DNA of 10,588 nucleotides from a virus (Duplodnaviria; Heunggongvirae; Uroviricota; Caudoviricetes): IMG/VR virus record IMGVR_UViG_2690316175_000006; one strand, 5' to 3'. Shown piece by piece: positions 6,588 to 10,588 of this stretch (position 1 is its first letter; each line of letters starts with the position of its first letter). The notes under the pieces were generated by a model. It saw only the letters and a program-made list of their open reading frames with translations, ran no database searches and was not told where the DNA came from. The position numbers and the translations under genes were made by a program.

Positions 6588-7646
6588 ATGCTTAATACTG
6601 TAAAAATATCCAGTTGTGAGTTAATCAACGCCGACTGCCTGGAATTTATCCGGTCGTTACCCGAAAATTCTGTTGACCTGATAGTCACGGACCCGCCGTA
6701 CTTTAAAGTGAAGCCTGAGGGCTGGGATAACCAGTGGAAGGGCGACGATGATTACCTGAAGTGGCTGGACCAGTGTCTGGCGCAGTTCTGGCGGGTGCTG
6801 AAACCTGCCGGAAGTCTTTACCTGTTCTGTGGTCATCGCCTGGCATCTGATATCGAAATCATGATGCGTGAACGCTTCAGTGTGCTGAACCATATTATCT
6901 GGGCGAAGCCGTCCGGACGCTGGAACGGATGCAACAAGGAAAGCCTGCGGGCGTATTTCCCCGCCACAGAGCGCATTCTGTTCGCGGAACATTATCAGGG
7001 GCCGTATCGTCCGAAAGATGCCGGGTATGCGGCGAAGGGCAGTGCACTGAAACAGCATGTGATGGCCCCGCTGATTTCTTACTTTCGTGATGCGCGAGCT
7101 GCCCTGGGGATAACGGCAAAACAGATTGCAGATGCCACAGGAAAGAAAAACATGGTGTCGCACTGGTTCAGTGCCGGTCAGTGGCAGTTGCCGAATGAAA
7201 GCGATTATCTGAAATTACAGGCGCTGTTTGCCCGGGTGGCAGAAGAGAAGCATCGGCGTGGTGAACTGGAAAAGCTCCACCACCAGCTGGTGGATACGTA
7301 TACCTCACTGAACCGGCAGTATGCGGAGCTGCTGAGTGAATATAAACATCTGCGGCGGTATTTTGGCGTGACGGTGCAGGTGCCGTATACCGATGTGTGG
7401 ACGCATAAACCGGTGCAGTTCTATCCCGGGAAACATCCGTGCGAAAAACCGGCAGAAATGCTGCAGCAGATAATCAGCGCTAGCAGTCGTCCGGGTGACC
7501 TGATTGCAGATTTTTTCATGGGGTTGGGTTCGACAGTGAAAGCGGCACTGGCGCTCGGGCGTCGTGCAATTGGCGTTGAGCTGGAGACTGAACGTTTTGA
7601 GCAGACGGTTCGGGAAGTACAGGATTTAGTCAGCCAGAACGGATGA
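6588..7646 (+). CDS. DNA methyltransferase, beta-class (N6-adenine or N4-cytosine), no adjacent restriction gene
   Basis: DPPY motif at residues 35-38 and FxGxG-type AdoMet motif (DFFMGLGST) near the C-terminus. Confidence 0.8.
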   Translation: MLNTVKISSCELINADCLEFIRSLPENSVDLIVTDPPYFKVKPEGWDNQWKGDDDYLKWLDQCLAQFWRVLKPAGSLYLFCGHRLASDIEIMMRERFSVLNHIIWAKPSGRWNGCNKESLRAYFPATERILFAEHYQGPYRPKDAGYAAKGSALKQHVMAPLISYFRDARAALGITAKQIADATGKKNMVSHWFSAGQWQLPNESDYLKLQALFARVAEEKHRRGELEKLHHQLVDTYTSLNRQYAELLSEYKHLRRYFGVTVQVPYTDVWTHKPVQFYPGKHPCEKPAEMLQQIISASSRPGDLIADFFMGLGSTVKAALALGRRAIGVELETERFEQTVREVQDLVSQNG

Positions 7647-7686
7647 TATTGAAGAATTAATTACGCGTCGTTATTATGCGGCTCCC

Positions 7687-7762
7687 GGCCCTTTAGCTCA
7701 GTGGTGAGAGCGAGCGACTCATAATCGCCAGGTCGCTGGTTCAAATCCAGCAAGGGCCACCA
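7687..7762 (+). tRNA. tRNA-Ile2-like, anticodon CAU (ileX/ileZ-like; formally Met anticodon)
   Basis: 76-nt cloverleaf, loop CTCATAA, T-arm GGTTCAAATCC, CCA end; close to recalled E. coli ileX. Confidence 0.8.
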
Positions 7763-7769
7763 TCACATA

Positions 7770-7846
7770 CCGCCATTAGCTCATCAGGAAAGAGCGCCAG
7801 CCTTCGAAGCTGGCTGCGCGGGGTTCAAGTCCCCGATGGCGGTCCA
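7770..7846 (+). tRNA. tRNA-Arg, anticodon UCG
   Basis: 77-nt cloverleaf, anticodon stem ccagc/gctgg, loop CTTCGAA, CCA end. Confidence 0.75.
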
Positions 7847-7859
7847 TTATCTGCATCAT

Positions 7860-7936
7860 GCGTTGTTAGCTCAGCCGGACAGAGCAATTGCCTTCTAAGC
7901 AATCGGTCACTGGTTCGAATCCAGTACAGCGCGCCA
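7860..7936 (+). tRNA. tRNA-Arg, anticodon UCU
   Basis: 77-nt cloverleaf, anticodon stem attgc/gcaat, loop CTTCTAA, T-arm GGTTCGAATCC, CCA end. Confidence 0.8.
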
Positions 7937-7942
7937 TATTCA

Positions 7943-7989
7943 NNNNNNNNNNNNNNNNNNNNNNNNNNNNNNNNNNNNNNNNNNNNNNN
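7943..7989. other. Assembly gap (47 N) between two near-identical tRNA-Arg(UCU) genes
   Basis: Run of n characters. Confidence 0.95.
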
Positions 7990-7998
7990 CGGTATTCA

Positions 7999-8075
7999 GC
8001 GTTGTTAGCTCAGCCGGACAGAGCAATTGCCTTCTAAGCAATCGGTCACTGGTTCGAATCCAGTACAACGCGCCA
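7999..8075 (+). tRNA. tRNA-Arg, anticodon UCU, second copy
   Basis: Same as 7860-7936 except one acceptor-stem base (G-C instead of G-U pair). Confidence 0.8.
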
Positions 8076-8089
8076 CACTTATTTTCCCT

Positions 8090-8115
8090 GGCTCGCTTTT
8101 GCGGGCCTTTTTTTT
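8090..8115 (+). terminator. Rho-independent terminator after the tRNA array
   Basis: ggctcgc-tttt-gcgggcc hairpin followed by eight T. Confidence 0.65.
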
Positions 8116-8188
8116 AAATGTCTCACAATTCAGACGGTTGACAGTTGTCTGTTTTGCGGGGAGTTTGTTAAAAGAAACTGGCATGGTG

Positions 8189-8330
8189 AATCCCCCTGTG
8201 CGGAGGGGCAATCAGCGAGTAGGTATATGGGATAATCGCGGATTCAGGTGCTGGTACTGAATTCACCGGGAGGCACCCGGCATCATGCAATGGCACATAG
8301 CGCCACTCTCCAGCCCTCTCCGGAGGGGCT
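8189..8330 (+). repeat. 142-bp structured element, copy A
   Basis: 5' hairpin cccct-gtgcgg-agggg and 3' GC-rich hairpin followed by T-rich tract; near-identical to 9657-9799. Confidence 0.6.
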
Positions 8331-8562
8331 TTTCTGTGCCGGATACATCACAGTTTCTGGAACCTTAGGTACTACAGTATCAGTCAGGGTGCTATATTTT
8401 CAGATGTGATGAAAGCCTGTCAGCAGGCAGGGCGTATCGGAAATGACCCAGTAGAGAAAACGTTGACTCAGATACCGGTGCTGAGTTACCGGGAAACCGG
8501 CATCACATGACCGCTATCCTGAGGTGTACTGGCAATAGCGGACACTACCATTTGTTCTTTTT

Positions 8563-9381
8563 TTAAGCAGCCATCTGATGATATTTTTCCCTGAAGGCTG
8601 CCGGGGAGATATTCCCCAGACGAGAGTGACGACGCTGACGATTGTAGAAAATCTCAATGTATTCCCGTATTACTGAGATGGCTTCATCCCGGTTATTAAA
8701 ACGATAGTGGCTCAGGCTCTCATTTTTCAGCGTTCCCCAGAAGCTTTCCATCGGAGCGTTGTCGTAACAGTTACCTTTACGCGACATTGATGTTTTCAGA
8801 CCAGACTGCTCCTGTATGACCCGGTAATCGTATGCGCAGTACTGTGAACCTCGATCAGAGTGGTGGATTAGCCCGGCAGGTGGGCGCTGGCTCCTGAGCG
8901 CCATAAACAGGGCTTTACCTGTCAGCTCTTTTGTCATGCGCTCTCCCATGGCGTAGCCGACAATTTCGCACGTATAAACATCTTTGATGCCAGCGAGGTA
9001 CAACCATCCCTCCTGTGTGGCAACATACGTCAGGTCCGCCACCCAGACCTGATTTGGTGCTGTAGGAGCGAACGTCTGGTTCAGCAGATTTGGCGCAACT
9101 GGCAGATTGTGGTTCGAGTTCGTAGTCGCTCTGAACTTGCGTTTCTGCTTACAGCGTAGCCTTAGCTCCTTACGAAGACGTGCCAGTCGGTCACGACCAA
9201 CGATGATGCCATTCTCTGCCAGCTCCGTCTGGAGCCGCCGGGTTCCATATGTTTCGCGAGTGCGGATATGTGCCACCTTAATCTCCAGTTTTAGCCGCTC
9301 ATCACTTTGTTTTCTGTCTGAGGGTTCATGCTGTACCCAGTTGTAATAACCGCTCCTGGATACACCAAATACCTGACACAT
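8563..9381 (-). CDS. IS3-family transposase OrfB (DDE/integrase core), expressed as an OrfAB fusion via -1 frameshift
   Basis: 272-aa ORF with HSDRGSQY and CYDNAPMESFW motifs; reading frame continues upstream to the slippery site at 9462-9468. Confidence 0.85.
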   Translation of the reverse strand: MCQVFGVSRSGYYNWVQHEPSDRKQSDERLKLEIKVAHIRTRETYGTRRLQTELAENGIIVGRDRLARLRKELRLRCKQKRKFRATTNSNHNLPVAPNLLNQTFAPTAPNQVWVADLTYVATQEGWLYLAGIKDVYTCEIVGYAMGERMTKELTGKALFMALRSQRPPAGLIHHSDRGSQYCAYDYRVIQEQSGLKTSMSRKGNCYDNAPMESFWGTLKNESLSHYRFNNRDEAISVIREYIEIFYNRQRRHSRLGNISPAAFREKYHQMAA

Positions 9382-9416
9382 CGCTTCAATGGGAAATTGT
9401 TGTCGCCATTGTTCGA

Positions 9417-9656
9417 TTAACGCGTATTTTTCAGCGACTCCTGTGCAAAATACGCTGTTGCTTTTTTTAATATATCTCGCTCAAGGCGAGCTTCATTTAA
9501 CGCCTTACGCAGTTGCAGAATTTCAGATTCCAGTTCAGCCACCGTGCGGGAACCAGGAGTACCGAGCCCTTTTCTGGCGGCGGTAACCCATTGTCCTAAA
9601 GTGCCTTCAGGAAGAGATAATCGGGAAGCGCCTTCACTGATCGAAAGTTGATTTTC
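9417..9656 (-). pseudogene. IS3-family OrfA, N-terminally truncated
   Basis: HTH segment LSISEGASRLSLPEGTLGQWV and leucine-zipper-like C-terminus ending ILKKATAYFAQESLKNTR; about the first 20 codons are missing. Confidence 0.7.
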
Positions 9657-9799
9657 ANTCCCCCTGTGCGGAGGGGCAATCAGCGAGTAGGTATATGGGA
9701 TAATCGCGGATTCAGGTGCTGGTACTGAATTCACCGGGAGGCACCCGGCACCATGCAATGGCACATAGCGCCACTCTCCAGCCCCTCTCCGGAGGGGCT
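9657..9799 (+). repeat. 142-bp structured element, copy B
   Basis: Matches 8189-8330 with one substitution, a one-base C-run difference and one ambiguous base. Confidence 0.6.
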
Positions 9800-9834
9800 G
9801 TTTATATTGATTTTGTCAGATGTGAGTAAACTCC

Positions 9835-10170
9835 TTATGGACTTTGTTGTTTTAGTCCATAAGGACATATTTGCAGAGTGCAACGGTTATTAAAGCATTC
9901 ATTCAATACGTTATCTGTATTTGTAGGGCATTCCTGGCTATTTTTGATTGAATTCCAGAATGTTTTATTGAATGGTACTACGTTGTAAATGGTTACAGGT
10001 AGCACTTTGTTATTGAGCATGATGCCTGTGTGAGTCAGTGTAAATATACTTTCAGGAGGTAAGAAAGCATCCGATTGATACCAGATTATTAATTTTATTT
10101 TACTCCATATGACTGAAAAAGATATTCCGCATGATGGCTGGATAACTGTATCAATCACAATCCACTTCAT
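9835..10170 (-). CDS. Hypothetical 111-aa protein in an AT-rich islet, Cys-containing C-terminus
   Basis: AGGAA RBS 6 nt upstream of ATG; candidate promoter (TTTACA/TATACT) upstream; 12-bp perfect hairpin overlaps its stop codon. Confidence 0.45.
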   Translation of the reverse strand: MKWIVIDTVIQPSCGISFSVIWSKIKLIIWYQSDAFLPPESIFTLTHTGIMLNNKVLPVTIYNVVPFNKTFWNSIKNSQECPTNTDNVLNECFNNRCTLQICPYGLKQQSP

Positions 10171-10430
10171 TTAGTTTCCTTGTTTATGCCTTGCTGGTGA
10201 TGTTCTGAAAAGTATAAATGATATTTTTGAATGTAAACCATAGAGCAGAATTATTTTTCTGATGTTGTTTATTGTTTATTTAAATGCAGGGTGGTTTATA
10301 TCTCGTCTTGTAGTTTATCCATGCATATCTGCTTGATAATCAGGTTTTTATTTAAGGTATGGTTTTGTGTTTTTTCTGTATTACATGTCAGGTATTTTAA
10401 AGAATTATTTTTCAGATGGTGGAAAGAACC

Positions 10431-10557
10431 ATGGCATTTAAACACTATGATGTTGTCAGGGCGGCGCCGCCGTCAGATCTTGCGGAAAAGCTGACACATA
10501 AACTGAAAGAGGGCTGGCAGCCGTTTGGTAGTCCGGTGGCCATAACCCCTTATACCC
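10431..10557 (+). CDS. 5' fragment of a gene (MAFKHYDVVRAAPPSDLAEKLTHKLKEGWQPFGSPVAITPYT...) interrupted by an IS
   Basis: ATG-initiated, GC-normal coding sequence that runs into the IS end at 10558. Confidence 0.4.
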
Positions 10558-10588
10558 TGAGGTGTACTGGCAATAGCGGACACTACCA
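10558..10588 (-). mobile_element. Terminal 31 bp of another IS3-family copy, same orientation as the internal copy
   Basis: 10558-10588 is identical to 8520-8550. Confidence 0.7.

Larger units (their letters stand above)
8520..9656 (-). mobile_element. IS3-family insertion sequence, 5'-truncated (left inverted repeat and start of orfA missing)
   Basis: orfA/orfB arrangement with A_AAA_AAA slippery site; right end TGAGGTG... at 8520; IS sequence stops at 9656 where repeat copy B begins. Confidence 0.8.

Noticed and set aside
6413-6595. 60-aa plus-strand ORF
   Set aside because: Spans the terminator and hairpins between the HTH ORF and the methyltransferase; no RBS.
6657-7163. Minus-strand ORFs inside the methyltransferase gene
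   Set aside because: Antisense to a strongly supported gene with clear catalytic motifs.
7687-8075. tRNA genes as a prophage attachment site
   Set aside because: They lie inside the late operon between the methyltransferase and downstream cargo, with no integrase or att-like repeats nearby.
8005-8260. ORFs 8005-8211 (-) and 8027-8260 (+)
   Set aside because: Overlap the tRNA-Arg gene and its terminator.
8116-8519. Shiga toxin genes downstream of the tRNAs
   Set aside because: No ORF of suitable size or signal-peptide character; the region is non-coding apart from the repeat element.
9107-9586. Plus-strand ORFs 9107-9346 and 9389-9586
   Set aside because: Antisense to the IS transposase genes.
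1435-9658. Single ambiguous bases at 1435 and 9658 as assembly joins
   Set aside because: Each aligns to a defined base in the paralogous copy (G at 3403, A at 8190), so they look like low-quality calls; only the 47-N run is a real gap.
9417-9764. Full 115-aa orfA ORF as listed in the ORF track
   Set aside because: Its N-terminal 35 residues read through the 142-bp repeat and contain the ambiguous base; only 9417-9656 is IS-derived.
10291-10494. 67-aa plus-strand ORF
   Set aside because: Low-complexity translation of AT-rich DNA, no RBS, overlaps the better-supported gene start at 10431.
1-10588. CRISPR array or rRNA genes
   Set aside because: No short regularly spaced direct repeats and no rRNA-like sequence seen.

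Overview
This window looks like part of a lambdoid prophage (Qin-like / Stx-phage-like late-regulatory architecture) from an Escherichia-like genome, bounded at both edges by ends of an IS3-family insertion sequence. Nothing here could be searched against databases; all calls are from reading the sequence. Left part (257-3403): two tandem accessory modules, each a set of translationally coupled small genes ending in a 27-aa hydrophobic peptide gene, followed by a mok/hok type I toxin cassette (Hok/Gef family). The two hok cassettes are identical through the toxin ORF and about 420 bp downstream but diverged in the leader, with compensatory base changes in a 10-bp stem. Middle (3401-6015): a small gene needing a -1 frameshift at an A_AAA_AAG heptamer, a DUF968/HNH-like gene, rusA (Holliday junction resolvase) and a Q-like antiterminator, all with overlapping stop/start codons. 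Then a PR'-like promoter and tR'-like terminator (6021-6120), a small HTH-like ORF, a beta-class DNA methyltransferase, and four tRNA genes for rare codons (Ile-CAU, Arg-UCG, Arg-UCU twice across a 47-N gap). Right part (8116-10588): where Stx phages carry toxin genes there is instead non-coding DNA, a 142-bp structured element present twice flanking a 5'-truncated IS3-family element, an AT-rich islet with one 111-aa minus-strand ORF, and the 5' end of a gene cut by another IS copy. No stx, CRISPR or rRNA genes were seen. The most novel-looking items are the duplicated hok cassettes with diverged leaders, the 27-aa peptide genes, the candidate programmed frameshift, the 142-bp element and the AT-rich orphan ORF; none can be given a function from sequence alone.
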